Positions 54,644 through 64,000 of a stretch of 64,000 nt of DNA are shown here, piece by piece. Under the pieces are notes generated by a model that did not search any database, was not told where the DNA came from, and saw only the letters and a program-made list of their open reading frames with translations. The DNA comes from Candidatus Nanoarchaeia archaeon (GTDB lineage Archaea > Nanobdellota > Nanobdellia > Woesearchaeales > SKIA01), in NCBI GenBank assembly GCA_028279685.1, contig JANQNG010000002.1:76144-140143 (forward strand), read 5' to 3'. Every line of letters begins with the position of its first letter. The first letter of the stretch is position 1. Made by a program: the position numbers and the translations under genes.

Positions 54644-55654
54644 ATGATTTCTGAGAAGGACGTCAAAAGCGTCGACAAAGGAGAGTTGCTGAATCAGCTC
54701 AAGGATTTGCCGAAACAAGTTGAAGCAGCATATAATCTTATGACTGAGATCAATTTCGAAAAACCTGTTAAGAACATCCTCATCTGCGGTATGGGAGGAT
54801 CAGGTATTCCTGGTATGTTACTCAAAGCATATCTTAAGGATTGTAAAATTCCTGTTACTGTGGTAAGTGGTTACGATGTTCCTGCTTGGATTGATGAAAA
54901 CACGCTAGTGTTCACAAATAGCTACTCAGGCAACACAGAGGAAACATTGTCTGCATATCGAGGAGCATTCAAAAAGACAACGATGATTGTCTCTGTTACA
55001 AGCGGAGGGAAACTTGAAGAAATCTCGCGCATGAACAGAACTCCTGTAATTCTTATCCCAAAAGGGATGCAGCCTAGAACTGCTATTGCATATTTGTTCT
55101 TTCCAATGCTTAGAGTATTAGAGCACCTTCGCATCATCAAGAAACAGACAGAGCATGTGAAACATCTTATTGCATCGTTGAGAAAACAGGACGTTGATGA
55201 TGCCGCAAAAAATTTATCAGAACATCTTTTCGGGAAGATCCCTATTATCTATGCATCAGATGACTTCTATCCTGTTGCTTATCGTTGGAAAACACAGTTA
55301 AACGAACATGCAAAAGTGATGGCGTTCTCTCATTGGTTCTCTGAAATGAATCATAATGAGATTGTCGGTTATACCAATCTCAAAGGAAACTTCTACGTGA
55401 TTATGTTACGTAATGACACAGACCATAGGAGAATCCAGAAGAGAATGCAGTTATGCAGAACTCTCATTCAAGATAAAGGTGTGAATGTAACTGATCTGGC
55501 AATCAAAGGGCAAGACCTACTAACAAAGATATTCTCTGCTATCCATATTGGAGATCTCGTGGCATTCTACCTAGCTATTCAATACCAAATTGATCCGAGC
55601 CCTGTAGAAATTGTTGAAAAGCTGAAGAAGGATCTAGGGACATTTTTAATATGA
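54644..55654 (+). CDS. Bifunctional phosphoglucose/phosphomannose isomerase
   Basis: GMGGSG, SYSGNTEET, QPR, RWKTQLNE.AK, EMNHNE. Confidence 0.93.
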   Translation: MISEKDVKSVDKGELLNQLKDLPKQVEAAYNLMTEINFEKPVKNILICGMGGSGIPGMLLKAYLKDCKIPVTVVSGYDVPAWIDENTLVFTNSYSGNTEETLSAYRGAFKKTTMIVSVTSGGKLEEISRMNRTPVILIPKGMQPRTAIAYLFFPMLRVLEHLRIIKKQTEHVKHLIASLRKQDVDDAAKNLSEHLFGKIPIIYASDDFYPVAYRWKTQLNEHAKVMAFSHWFSEMNHNEIVGYTNLKGNFYVIMLRNDTDHRRIQKRMQLCRTLIQDKGVNVTDLAIKGQDLLTKIFSAIHIGDLVAFYLAIQYQIDPSPVEIVEKLKKDLGTFLI

Positions 55655-55741
55655 TTTGCCAGAAGAGCGAGATATAAACGCAACATTTATAAAGAACATA
55701 ACCTATGCTCCTAGTAAACTACTATTGTCGAGGGAACACTT

Positions 55742-56152
55742 ATGGTAATCAAAAAGATCTTTTCCAAATTATCAAAAAACATGGATAATGACTACGAAGA
55801 ATACGGACAGCAACCCGGAGACGATTATGTACATATTGATACAGAAAGCACAGACAAAGGTGTCTCAAAAGCTGTTGTAAGAACATTTGTGATTAGAGAT
55901 TTCTCAGACATAAAAGAAATTCTTGATTCATTAAGAGCACAAAATACTATCTGTTTCGTTAATATTCAGCCCTTGAAAGATAAGGACTTAGTTGAATTGA
56001 AGAGAGCAATAAATAAGATCAAGAAGACAGTCGATGCAGTTGATGGTGATATTGCTGGTGTGGATGATTACCTTATCGTGACTCCTGGTGGTGTTGAAAT
56101 TCACAGAAGCAAAAAGACTTCCGAAATGACTGAGGAAGATATTGATTTCTAG
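55742..56152 (+). CDS. sepF: Cell division protein SepF
   Basis: ELKRAINKIKKTVDAVDGDIAG...LIVTP. Confidence 0.88.
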   Translation: MVIKKIFSKLSKNMDNDYEEYGQQPGDDYVHIDTESTDKGVSKAVVRTFVIRDFSDIKEILDSLRAQNTICFVNIQPLKDKDLVELKRAINKIKKTVDAVDGDIAGVDDYLIVTPGGVEIHRSKKTSEMTEEDIDF

Positions 56153-56210
56153 AACTAATCTTTTCTCTTTTTACCAATATCTTTATAAATCAACATAGTT
56201 TCTCAGCCCT

Positions 56211-56588
56211 ATGGCAGTGAATCAGCATAGAAGCACTAGAAAAACCAGTGGAGGCAGATACAAGAAACTTAGAGTCAGAAGGCTCCATCAGCAAGGTAGT
56301 CTTCCTACATTGACAAAGGTAGGCCCTACAAAAAAGAAGAATTCTAGAGTAAGAGGAGGCAACATCTCAACTAAATTGCTTACTTGTGACACCGCCAATG
56401 TGCTTGATCCTAAAACCAAAAAATTCTCTAAAGAAAAGATCAAAGGGCTGAAAGAAAATCCCGCTAACAGGCATTTTGTACGACGTAGTATCATCACAAA
56501 AGGTTCTATCATAGAAACCGAAAAAGGACTGGCAAAAGTGACTTCCAGGCCAGGCCAGGAAGGAACAGTGAATGCTGTTAGAGTATAA
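56211..56588 (+). CDS. rps8e: 30S ribosomal protein S8e
   Basis: RKTSGG, RVRGGN, NPAN..FVRR.IITKG, TSRPGQEG. Confidence 0.96.
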   Translation: MAVNQHRSTRKTSGGRYKKLRVRRLHQQGSLPTLTKVGPTKKKNSRVRGGNISTKLLTCDTANVLDPKTKKFSKEKIKGLKENPANRHFVRRSIITKGSIIETEKGLAKVTSRPGQEGTVNAVRV

Positions 56589-56599
56589 GTTCTTGAAAA

Positions 56600-56896
56600 C
56601 TAATTTAATTCGCAAGAATTACCATTCCAACACTTATCTAATCCACAATCACACCCATAAGAAAGAGCTTCTGTACAAGAATAATGAATCTTAGAACTCC
56701 ATCTTTCATAAACACATTCATCGTGACACCCTGATGAAAATTCAATCCATCCTGCCCCACCAGATTCACATAATTCTTGTGTCTGCAATGGATATTCTTT
56801 TAATTGATCTATTTGATATGAATAAGAATTTTCACGTAAATTACATCCAACTAAGAAAATTAATATCACTATCATCAAAATTATTCCTCTTTTCAT
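56600..56896 (-). CDS. Small Cys-rich putative lipoprotein
   Basis: FLVGC lipobox-like motif; eight further Cys (CESGG.GW, CDCG..KCWNG.SC). Confidence 0.7.
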   Translation of the reverse strand: MKRGIILMIVILIFLVGCNLRENSYSYQIDQLKEYPLQTQELCESGGAGWIEFSSGCHDECVYERWSSKIHYSCTEALSYGCDCGLDKCWNGNSCELN

Positions 56897-56976
56897 ATTT
56901 GATAATTTAGAATCAATGCTTATAAATTTATTTATCAGTTTACCCATAACCTTTTTATACTAGTTTCCACTAGCGA

Positions 56977-57327
56977 ATGGTTATGAAGGTGAGAGTGCTG
57001 GTATTTCTTATTATAGCAATCATGGTAGCAAGTGCTGTATTCGGAGCTGTAGGTATTAAAGATGCTGAAGAATTCTATAGAGTAAATCCTGAGAAACCTA
57101 CAAAAAGAATTTATTTCATCAATACTTCTAAATCCGTAGAAAATACTTCTGTGGAAGAGCCTCCTGAAGTTACTATTGAAGCCAAACAAATAAGCTATAC
57201 ACAAGATGATAAATTAACGCAATTAGTTATTGCAGCTGTCGCTTTAGTGATTATCATCATTGCTGTGAATACATATTACAGTGATAAAGTCACTAGTAGA
57301 AAACGTCAAAAGAAAAAGAGTAAATAA
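56977..57327 (+). CDS. Small membrane-anchored protein
   Basis: Signal peptide, C-terminal TM, basic tail. Confidence 0.6.
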   Translation: MVMKVRVLVFLIIAIMVASAVFGAVGIKDAEEFYRVNPEKPTKRIYFINTSKSVENTSVEEPPEVTIEAKQISYTQDDKLTQLVIAAVALVIIIIAVNTYYSDKVTSRKRQKKKSK

Positions 57328-57328
57328 T

Positions 57329-57532
57329 TTATTTGTTAAATTCTGTATAACCGCATTTACCGCAGTGCACGCGATCTTTATGCTGTGCCATCGTGACTCC
57401 TTTGCCACATTTTGGGCAGTCACGATTTTTCTTCTTTCCATTCTCAAAGACTTTGCCTAATTGATTAGCATGAGAAACTGATTTTTTTCTTTCCTTTTTG
57501 TCGCCGCCTTTACCGCCTTTTTTATTTCCCAT
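57329..57532 (-). CDS. rps27ae: 30S ribosomal protein S27ae
   Basis: [22 protein letters not shown]. Confidence 0.94.
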   Translation of the reverse strand: MGNKKGGKGGDKKERKKSVSHANQLGKVFENGKKKNRDCPKCGKGVTMAQHKDRVHCGKCGYTEFNK

Positions 57533-57538
57533 CGATCA

Positions 57539-57985
57539 TCACTCCTTCTTTTCTTCTTTGGCTTCTTTTTTCTCTTCAGCAGGTTTTTCTTCTGCTTGAG
57601 GTTCTTCTTTCTTTTCTTCGACAGGCTTCTCTTCAGCAGGAGCTTCCTCTTTCTTTTCAGCCATTTCTTCTTTTTTCTCTTCAGCAGGAGCCTCTTCTTT
57701 TTTCTTTTTCTCTTCAAAATTCTTTTTCAAAGAACTTTTCTTCTCTAATGTCTTCATTGCTTTCTCATCATCATAGACGTATGCAAGAAATGAAGCATCT
57801 AATCCACCAAACTTCGGCTTAATCTTCCTGACTACAAGAAGTTCTTTCTTCGCTTTGATTTTCTTTGAAAGTTCATCTCTGAATTCCTGAACAGAAGGTG
57901 TTTTTCCTTCAAAAGTAACATAGCCACGAACTTCCTTTCTTGAGAGCAAAGGCACCCCATACTCATAATCCACTCTTACTTCCAT
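57539..57985 (-). CDS. rps24e: 30S ribosomal protein S24e with Glu/Lys-rich tail
   Basis: PLLSRKE, TPS, I.PKFG, A.VY; synteny. Confidence 0.9.
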   Translation of the reverse strand: MEVRVDYEYGVPLLSRKEVRGYVTFEGKTPSVQEFRDELSKKIKAKKELLVVRKIKPKFGGLDASFLAYVYDDEKAMKTLEKKSSLKKNFEEKKKKEEAPAEEKKEEMAEKKEEAPAEEKPVEEKKEEPQAEEKPAEEKKEAKEEKKE

Positions 57986-57989
57986 TGTT

Positions 57990-58178
57990 TCACCGTATCT
58001 TTATTGCATACTCACCGTCATGCTCAACACCCATGCGTTTCGCAATCTCCGATTCTTTTGCATTAATGATATTGATGCGTCCTTGCCAACTTGGTGTCAA
58101 TTGGGCATTTTTATGATACTTACAATGATCTTCTGTAGTGAGAAGTTTGCATTTTTTGCATGCTTTGAGCTTTGCCAT
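57990..58178 (-). CDS. spt4: Transcription elongation factor Spt4 (RpoE2)
   Basis: ACKKCK, W.G.I.I, SEIAKRM, GEYAIKIR. Confidence 0.9.
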   Translation of the reverse strand: MAKLKACKKCKLLTTEDHCKYHKNAQLTPSWQGRINIINAKESEIAKRMGVEHDGEYAIKIR

Positions 58179-58188
58179 TATTTACACC

Positions 58189-58740
58189 TTATTTTTTCTT
58201 CTCGTTTTTGAAGTCTTCATCAATCCATTCTTGTTTTCCTAATCCGACCTGTCTCATCGTTAATCCAAATTTAGGATTGGATAAATCTTTATAGGATATT
58301 GCAATGAATTTTGCTTTGCATCGATCAGTGATTCTCAGACTACGTTTCGTATCTTTTCCTTGAAGATTTCTGTCTTTAGACATACTAACAAAATCATTCA
58401 TTGTCTGAGACACATGAATCATACCATCAATAGGACCTAGATTAAGAAACACGCCGAAATCAGCTATTTCCTTGATCTCTCCTGCAACAATTTCATGGAT
58501 CTCAGGTCTGTAAACAAGCAGCGTAAATTCGCTTTCATAGTAGACAGCACCGTCGCCCATGATGATTTTCCCTTCTCCAATCTCGTGGACATTCATTACA
58601 TCAATCACCAGGCCTGTTTCTTTGCTAATGTAGCCGTCAAATTGATGTTTAACCTGTTTGATAATGCCTGTTTCAAGTTCCTCTCCGAACAATGTAGGAG
58701 GAAGCCTTACGTGGTCTTTCACTTTAAGCTTGTAAAACAT
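58189..58740 (-). CDS. rpo7: RNA polymerase subunit Rpo7 (RpoE1)
   Basis: VRLPP..FG, GDGAVY, GPIDGMIHVSQ, LTMRQ.GLGK. Confidence 0.95.
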   Translation of the reverse strand: MFYKLKVKDHVRLPPTLFGEELETGIIKQVKHQFDGYISKETGLVIDVMNVHEIGEGKIIMGDGAVYYESEFTLLVYRPEIHEIVAGEIKEIADFGVFLNLGPIDGMIHVSQTMNDFVSMSKDRNLQGKDTKRSLRITDRCKAKFIAISYKDLSNPKFGLTMRQVGLGKQEWIDEDFKNEKKK

Positions 58741-58750
58741 TGTTATAGCC

Positions 58751-59119
58751 TCATATTATCTTCAGATATTGTTTCTTGATAAGTGTTATAACCTCTCCTA
58801 TTCGCCTTTTTAAGTCCTGATCTTGGGTCGCTATTAACCCATCAGAAGCAAGTCTTGCCAAGGCATCATCTGCGTAGTCTTCGGAAGTAGGTTCCCTTTT
58901 TAAACCTTTTTGATTTATCAGCTGAATTGCTAAGCTCGCAGCAGCCTTATCAGCCCCTTTATCTGCTGTTTTGGAGAGTTTCAGCAGTTCTTGATAGACT
59001 GGCTCAATGATAATGATCTCAAATGGCTTATCCATAATTCGCTCAAATTCTGCAAAGATATCTACTTTGAACTGTCCTGGAATCAACAGAAAATTCGTAT
59101 CTGGGTATATTGTAATCAT
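58751..59119 (-). CDS. PIN-domain protein (Fcf1/Utp23-like)
   Basis: DTNFL, ADD, ATQD..LKRR; conserved position upstream of rpoE1. Confidence 0.88.
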   Translation of the reverse strand: MITIYPDTNFLLIPGQFKVDIFAEFERIMDKPFEIIIIEPVYQELLKLSKTADKGADKAAASLAIQLINQKGLKREPTSEDYADDALARLASDGLIATQDQDLKRRIGEVITLIKKQYLKII

Positions 59120-59251
59120 ATGTTAAGAGATATAGAAACCTTTAAAAAAATGCTTTTTATACCTTTTTGTATGGCTAATAAATCAACAAAAGACAATTGT
59201 TGCTGATTCTTTTGCATAGGCCTATCTCTATCATTTATTCTCAACACGTAT

Positions 59252-59322
59252 GCGCACGTGGCCAAGTAGTAAGGCAAGAGGCTGCAACCCTCTGATCCCC
59301 GGTGCAAATCCGGGCGTGCGCT
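59252..59322 (+). tRNA. tRNA-Cys(GCA), intronless, T-loop TGCAAAT
   Basis: Acceptor GCGCACG/CGTGCGC, anticodon stem AGAGG/CCTCT with CT-GCA-AC, U73 discriminator. Confidence 0.92.
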
Positions 59323-59420
59323 TAAGAAGGGATTTGCACCTCCGGTGCATGCTCAAAAATCAAAGATTTTTGGCAACTCGGAAAACTACGTTTTCCTCCG
59401 TAATCCGGGCGTGCGCTTAA
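59323..59420 (+). repeat. tRNA-appended element 3
   Basis: GGATTTGCACC 59330-59340; CCGGTGCA 59342-59349; insert 59350-59401; AATCCGGGCGTGCGCTTAA 59402-59420 identical to 59307-59325. Confidence 0.85.
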
Positions 59421-59438
59421 CAAAAAAAAGGTGTCACT

Positions 59439-60302
59439 ATGCCATACCTCAAAAACGGAAAACACAAAGTGTACTACGAGATTCATAGAGATTCTCCTAT
59501 GCTCGTTTTTCTCCATGGAGCAACCATGAATCATACATTACTAGGGCATCAAATTAAATACGCCCAAAAATTAGGATACGGTACCCTTGCTATTGACTTA
59601 CGAGGCGCTGGTAAATCTACTTATTCAAAAGATAAATCATTTTATGATGTTGAAAACTACGTTGAAGATATCACAAAAATTCTCAAAAAAGAAAAAATAA
59701 GAAAAATAATTCCTGTGGGATTTTCGCACGGAGGTATGGTTGCACAAGCCTTTGCAGCAATGTATCCTAAAAAGACACAAGGCCTTATTCTTATCGCGAC
59801 AACCTACAATATTAACGAAACATTTTGCAATACGCTTCCAAAAAAATTATTTTTTCATGGCAGTACTGCCATAAAGAAATTAATGTTAATTTATAATCAG
59901 TTCGTATCACTATTCCACCCTCTAAAAGATAACCCTCCAAACTACACTAGTGAAAAATATAAGCATATGAATACTGCTCAATTTGTTATTGATCATTATC
60001 TCACAAGAAGTGCTGACAGAATTAAAGCAGAGCTGCAATTTAGCAGCAACATCAGATTTCAAGACATAAAAGAGCATACTAAAAAAATACGATGCCCAAC
60101 AATAATTATTCAAGGGAAAAACGATATAAGCATTACTCCTGATGTTGCTGAAGCATTGCACACTATGATTCCTTCAAGCAGCAAACCGATCTATATTGAA
60201 CAAGGAGATCATGGCATGGCATTTAATCTTCCAAATGAAGTGAATAACATATTAAAAAAAGGATTGGATTATATTTATAACCATAAAACATTAAAAGCAT
60301 GA
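59439..60302 (+). CDS. Alpha/beta hydrolase
   Basis: FLHG, DLRGAGKS, GFSHGG, GKND, GDH. Confidence 0.9.
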   Translation: MPYLKNGKHKVYYEIHRDSPMLVFLHGATMNHTLLGHQIKYAQKLGYGTLAIDLRGAGKSTYSKDKSFYDVENYVEDITKILKKEKIRKIIPVGFSHGGMVAQAFAAMYPKKTQGLILIATTYNINETFCNTLPKKLFFHGSTAIKKLMLIYNQFVSLFHPLKDNPPNYTSEKYKHMNTAQFVIDHYLTRSADRIKAELQFSSNIRFQDIKEHTKKIRCPTIIIQGKNDISITPDVAEALHTMIPSSSKPIYIEQGDHGMAFNLPNEVNNILKKGLDYIYNHKTLKA

Positions 60303-60318
60303 AACAGAGGAATATACT

Positions 60319-61722
60319 ATGGACATCCAACTATTCAACACATTGACCAGAAAGAAAGAAGTATTTGCACCTATCAAGAAAGGTGAAGTGGGATTGTACT
60401 GCTGTGGACCTACTGTTTACAACTATGCTCATATAGGCAATCTGAGAGCATATCTCTTTGAAGACGTATTAGTACGAATGTTCAAATATAATCAATTCAA
60501 AATAACCCATGTGATGAATATCACTGATGTCGGGCATTTAACTTCTGATGCTGACGAAGGAGAAGATAAAATGCTCAAAGGAGCAAAAAGAGAAGGTAAA
60601 ACAGTCTATGAAATTGCTGATCATTACACGAAAGCATTTTTCAATGATACTGAACAACTGAACATTTTGCATCCAAATGTAACACCAAAAGCGACAGAGC
60701 ACATTAAGCAAATGATTGTATTAGTCAAACGATTAGAAGAGAATGGATTAACGTATGTTGCTGGAGGGAATGTTTATTTTGACACAAGCAAGTTCCCTAA
60801 GTATGGAGAACTTGCCAGATTAAAACTTGATGAACTAAAAGAAGGTGCTCGTGTTGATAAAGACCCCAACAAAAAAAATCCTACTGACTTTGTATTATGG
60901 TTTACCAAATCAAAGTTTACCGATCAAGAAATGAAATGGGATTCTCCTTGGGGAACAGGCTATCCTGGTTGGCATATTGAATGTAGTGCAATGAGTATGG
61001 AGTATTTAGGAGAGCAATTCGATATCCACTGTGGAGGTATTGATCATATTCCTGTACACCATACTAATGAGATTGCACAATCAGAAGGTGCCACTGGTAA
61101 AAAATGGGTCAATATATGGATGCATAACGAATTTCTTGTAGATGAGAAAGGAAAAATGGCTAAATCTGCAGGAGCATTTCTCACACTATCTGTACTGAAA
61201 GAGAAGGGTTATGATCCTTTAGTATATAGATACTTTACTTTGGGAACATCATATAGAAAACCTTTGATGTTAAGCTACGATGCACTAGATGGTGCAAAGA
61301 ATGCATTCGAGAACTTGAAAAAAAAGATCATTGAATTACAAAAAGAATCTTCAGAAGCGAAGAAAGGAAGTGAGAAAAAGTTTGAACAATACAGCAAAGA
61401 TTTTCTTGCAGCAATCAATGATGATCTGAATACTCCAAAAGCTCTTGCATTATTATGGGATGTGTTAAAAGATAATGAATTAAAATCAGAAACAAAGTAT
61501 TACTTAGTGTTAGATTTCGATCGTGTTTTGGGCTTTGGATTAGATAAAGTTAAAGAAGAAAAAATAGATATTCCTGATGAGATAAAAGCTATTGCTGAAA
61601 AGAGGTCAGAAGCAAGAAAGAAGAAAGATTGGGGTGCTTCTGACCAGTTACGAGATGAGTTAAGGAAAAAAGGATGGGTTATTGAGGATACGAAAGAAGG
61701 GTATGAATTGAAGAAAGGATAA
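60319..61722 (+). CDS. cysS: Cysteine--tRNA ligase
   Basis: CGPTVY, HIGN, PGWHIECSAM, HHTNE, KMAKS. Confidence 0.97.
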   Translation: MDIQLFNTLTRKKEVFAPIKKGEVGLYCCGPTVYNYAHIGNLRAYLFEDVLVRMFKYNQFKITHVMNITDVGHLTSDADEGEDKMLKGAKREGKTVYEIADHYTKAFFNDTEQLNILHPNVTPKATEHIKQMIVLVKRLEENGLTYVAGGNVYFDTSKFPKYGELARLKLDELKEGARVDKDPNKKNPTDFVLWFTKSKFTDQEMKWDSPWGTGYPGWHIECSAMSMEYLGEQFDIHCGGIDHIPVHHTNEIAQSEGATGKKWVNIWMHNEFLVDEKGKMAKSAGAFLTLSVLKEKGYDPLVYRYFTLGTSYRKPLMLSYDALDGAKNAFENLKKKIIELQKESSEAKKGSEKKFEQYSKDFLAAINDDLNTPKALALLWDVLKDNELKSETKYYLVLDFDRVLGFGLDKVKEEKIDIPDEIKAIAEKRSEARKKKDWGASDQLRDELRKKGWVIEDTKEGYELKKG

Positions 61723-61743
61723 ATTTTTATATGCATTATATAG

Positions 61744-62091
61744 ATGAAGAAACGAATTTTTGGAGGAGTTCTTACTGTTGTTGGATTTATACTTTCTCCA
61801 CTTTCTTGGTGGAATGATTTTGTAATTAATATTCCTTTAGCTTATATTTTTGCTTTGCCATTTGGTTTTTTGTCTAAGACTTTATTTTTACCAGCAATGA
61901 TTATCAGGTATTGGCTAACCAATATTGCTGGTTTTTTACTTATGCATCTTGGTATTCAAAAAGCTGTGAAAAAAGAAGATAAATATGGGGTAAAAGAACT
62001 AAAAAGAGATATTATAATATCTATATTGTACACAATTCTAATTATTATTTTAGTACTCACAGGAGTTTTAAGATTTCCAACTGAATACTAA
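61744..62091 (+). CDS. Small membrane protein
   Basis: LSPLSWWND..INIPLAY; several TM segments. Confidence 0.75.
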   Translation: MKKRIFGGVLTVVGFILSPLSWWNDFVINIPLAYIFALPFGFLSKTLFLPAMIIRYWLTNIAGFLLMHLGIQKAVKKEDKYGVKELKRDIIISILYTILIIILVLTGVLRFPTEY

Positions 62092-62171
62092 ATAGAACCT
62101 TAGTTCATTTTTTGTATGTAATATATTAAAAGAAAATAAAAAAAATCTTATTGCATTTCTCTTGCAGCTAT

Positions 62172-62627
62172 TCAGTAACTTGTGTGTCTTCTGCCGAAAT
62201 CTCTTATGAGACCAAGTTCTTCAGCTAGCGCATTAGCAGTTTCAAAATCCCCTGCAGTTCGAGCTTCATGCATTTTCACAAATACATCAAAGTTGTCTTC
62301 GTTAATTAACTCAGCCATTCCTCGAGTCCATCCAAGACCAGAAATAGCTTCTGCCCAAGCATCATAATCTCCATCTATAACAGCCTGACGTGCTGGATGC
62401 ATTGCTTGCCTTCTTTCCATTCTTTGCTCGTATTTCTCCTGAGCCCATTTAAACCTCTCTTCTGTTAATTCGCTCATCTTTATTTCTTTCCATGTTTCAT
62501 AATCTCCTGTTTCAAGAGCCTTTTTCTTGGCTTCTCTATGTTCAGAACCAAATCCGTCAAAAGCAGATACAATCCCTATTGAAGCGACAAGGCCTATCAA
62601 CAAAAATACTATCAACATTTTTTTCAT
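62172..62627 (-). CDS. Secreted helical protein with internal GDYxxW repeat
   Basis: Signal peptide ending VSA; ALETGDYETW, AVIDGDYDAW, ARTAGDFETA. Confidence 0.75.
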   Translation of the reverse strand: MKKMLIVFLLIGLVASIGIVSAFDGFGSEHREAKKKALETGDYETWKEIKMSELTEERFKWAQEKYEQRMERRQAMHPARQAVIDGDYDAWAEAISGLGWTRGMAELINEDNFDVFVKMHEARTAGDFETANALAEELGLIRDFGRRHTSY

Positions 62628-62755
62628 GCTATCACCTCCATGATGCTAAGAGATGAATACTCTTGAATCTATATAAACAAGAAGAAGAGAAAATGTGCAC
62701 TTTAAGTCCATTTTCTATATAAAATTTTAAATATATCAAGTACTTGGTGATATTT

Positions 62756-63454
62756 ATGAATCATGGAATGCTTGCAAGAGGAGTAGGTTTCAAGCCCCCA
62801 TCACAAGATTTAGCTATTGAAATAGTGTATGCTTCCATTGTTATAATATTATGTCTTATTGTGTATTTCAGAACAAGAGAACTGTATAAACTAAGCTCAC
62901 ATAAAGGAATAGAACATTTCAGGAATGCATTTTTGTTCTTTGCAATCGCTTATTTTGCAAGATTTTTAGCTCACGTTTTCATAGTTAATGGAATAACATT
63001 CGGACTTCACAGATATTACATATTGGCTGTTGGATTAATACCTTTTGCATTCGCGAGTTCCATGGCAATATTATCATTGACATTCAGCACATTTTGGAGA
63101 AAATGGAAATGGTTCGATGAGTATTATTTACTTTATGGTCTTGCAATACTAATTACATTAATTGTATACTTAGGAAAATCTCCTTTAGTGCTGACAATAT
63201 CTCAGATTATTCTTTTAGTTATAACAATAACTATGAGTTTCATTAATCAGATGAAAAGAAAATCAAAACTATATGCGATATACTTGCTGATATTTCTTTT
63301 CTGGGTATTGAACCTTATTGCAACCACTGTTCCAAGATTCCTCATAGAGATAAAAATTCCATTGTACATTATTTCAGCAGGCGTGTTTGCATTATTGACG
63401 CATAAAGTTATTAAAACTATTTCCGACAAAAAAAATGGCAAGAAAAAGAGATAG
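62756..63454 (+). CDS. Polytopic (about 7-TM) membrane protein
   Basis: Multiple hydrophobic helices; LYKLSSHKGI..FRNAFLFF. Confidence 0.75.
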   Translation: MNHGMLARGVGFKPPSQDLAIEIVYASIVIILCLIVYFRTRELYKLSSHKGIEHFRNAFLFFAIAYFARFLAHVFIVNGITFGLHRYYILAVGLIPFAFASSMAILSLTFSTFWRKWKWFDEYYLLYGLAILITLIVYLGKSPLVLTISQIILLVITITMSFINQMKRKSKLYAIYLLIFLFWVLNLIATTVPRFLIEIKIPLYIISAGVFALLTHKVIKTISDKKNGKKKR

Positions 63455-63710
63455 ATTAGAGGTTATTTATGATATTTTAAGCACCATACAGAAATATCAT
63501 AACTCGATAAAGCCAACACCTTTATTGCGATATTCTAATCTATCCTCGCAGAGTTTTTCTGAATATTTCCAGGAATTGCTTGAGAAAGAATTTGTCAAGG
63601 AAATTATTGACAAAAAAGGCAAGAAATTCATCACCTTAACCGATAAAGGATTTAATTACCTAGAGAAATACAAGGCCATTACAGGATTCATTGATGAGTT
63701 TGGACTGTAA
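63435..63710 (+). CDS. Archaeal winged-helix regulator (HTH_45-like)
   Basis: RKRDRLEVIYDIL, T.L...SNLS, LT.KG; overlaps the membrane gene. Confidence 0.85.
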   Translation: MARKRDRLEVIYDILSTIQKYHNSIKPTPLLRYSNLSSQSFSEYFQELLEKEFVKEIIDKKGKKFITLTDKGFNYLEKYKAITGFIDEFGL

Positions 63711-63801
63711 AAAGCCAGCACATACTCTTTTTCTTTATAATAGTTTCTCGTAAGCTTTATAAATGTAATAATTGTCGCCCTCGCCATACGGAGGTACTTT
63801 T

Positions 63802-64000
63802 ATGGATAACCAATTCAAACAAAGTTTGATAAATTCATCGTTCGATGACATTCTTGGCCAAGACGCTGTGAAGAAACAACTCAAGTCCGCTCTGGTGATG
63901 CAACGAAACATCATTCTCGTGGGTCCGCCAGGTATTGGAAAAACCACATTAGCAAAGAACGTAGCGAAAATATCAGGAAACCACACACCATTCGTGCGTA
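63802..64000 (+). CDS. AAA+ ATPase (LonB/Mg-chelatase-like), N-terminal part only
   Basis: SD GGAGGT; FDDILGQD...LVGPPGIGKTT; truncated by the window edge. Confidence 0.8.
   Translation, partial: MDNQFKQSLINSSFDDILGQDAVKKQLKSALVMQRNIILVGPPGIGKTTLAKNVAKISGNHTPFVR

Noticed and set aside
3939..63986. Numerous short antisense or alternate-frame ORFs in the track (e.g. 20861-21313, 33849-34301, 43561-44013, 54192-54566, 63735-63986)
   Set aside because: They overlap well-supported genes and show antisense-shadow composition
1..64000. CRISPR array, rRNA, IS transposase, retron or DGR
   Set aside because: No regularly spaced repeat-spacer array, rRNA-like tract, transposase or reverse transcriptase motif seen; differences between the Rhs repeats are not adenine-specific

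Overview
AT-rich archaeal chromosome segment, most likely a DPANN archaeon of the Woesearchaeota type. This is an inference from archaeal-type ribosomal proteins, Rpo4/Rpo7/Spt4, aIF-1A and BHB-intron tRNAs alongside many bacterial-type enzymes. It carries a miniature signal-peptide-bearing Rhs polymorphic toxin locus with orphan cassettes (1-3.8 kb), a partial archaellum operon (arlG-F-H-I), housekeeping clusters, three tRNA genes (Gln-UUG with one intron, Gln-CUG with two, Cys-GCA), nucleotide salvage genes, a TlpA/CcdA/DUF3179 redox cluster, a glycogen metabolism gene set and a BshA/BshB-like plus ATP-grasp operon. The most unusual non-coding signals are (i) a ~280-nt intergenic element at 19688-19966 whose four repeats can form a four-way junction with a 6-bp exchangeable core, and (ii) a shared, tRNA-specific appendix behind all three tRNAs (antisense T-arm, then a duplicated tRNA 3' end split in the T-loop by a covarying twin hairpin), one copy abutting a PD-(D/E)xK nuclease-like gene. 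All family assignments come from motif recognition by eye; no database searches or folding programs were run.
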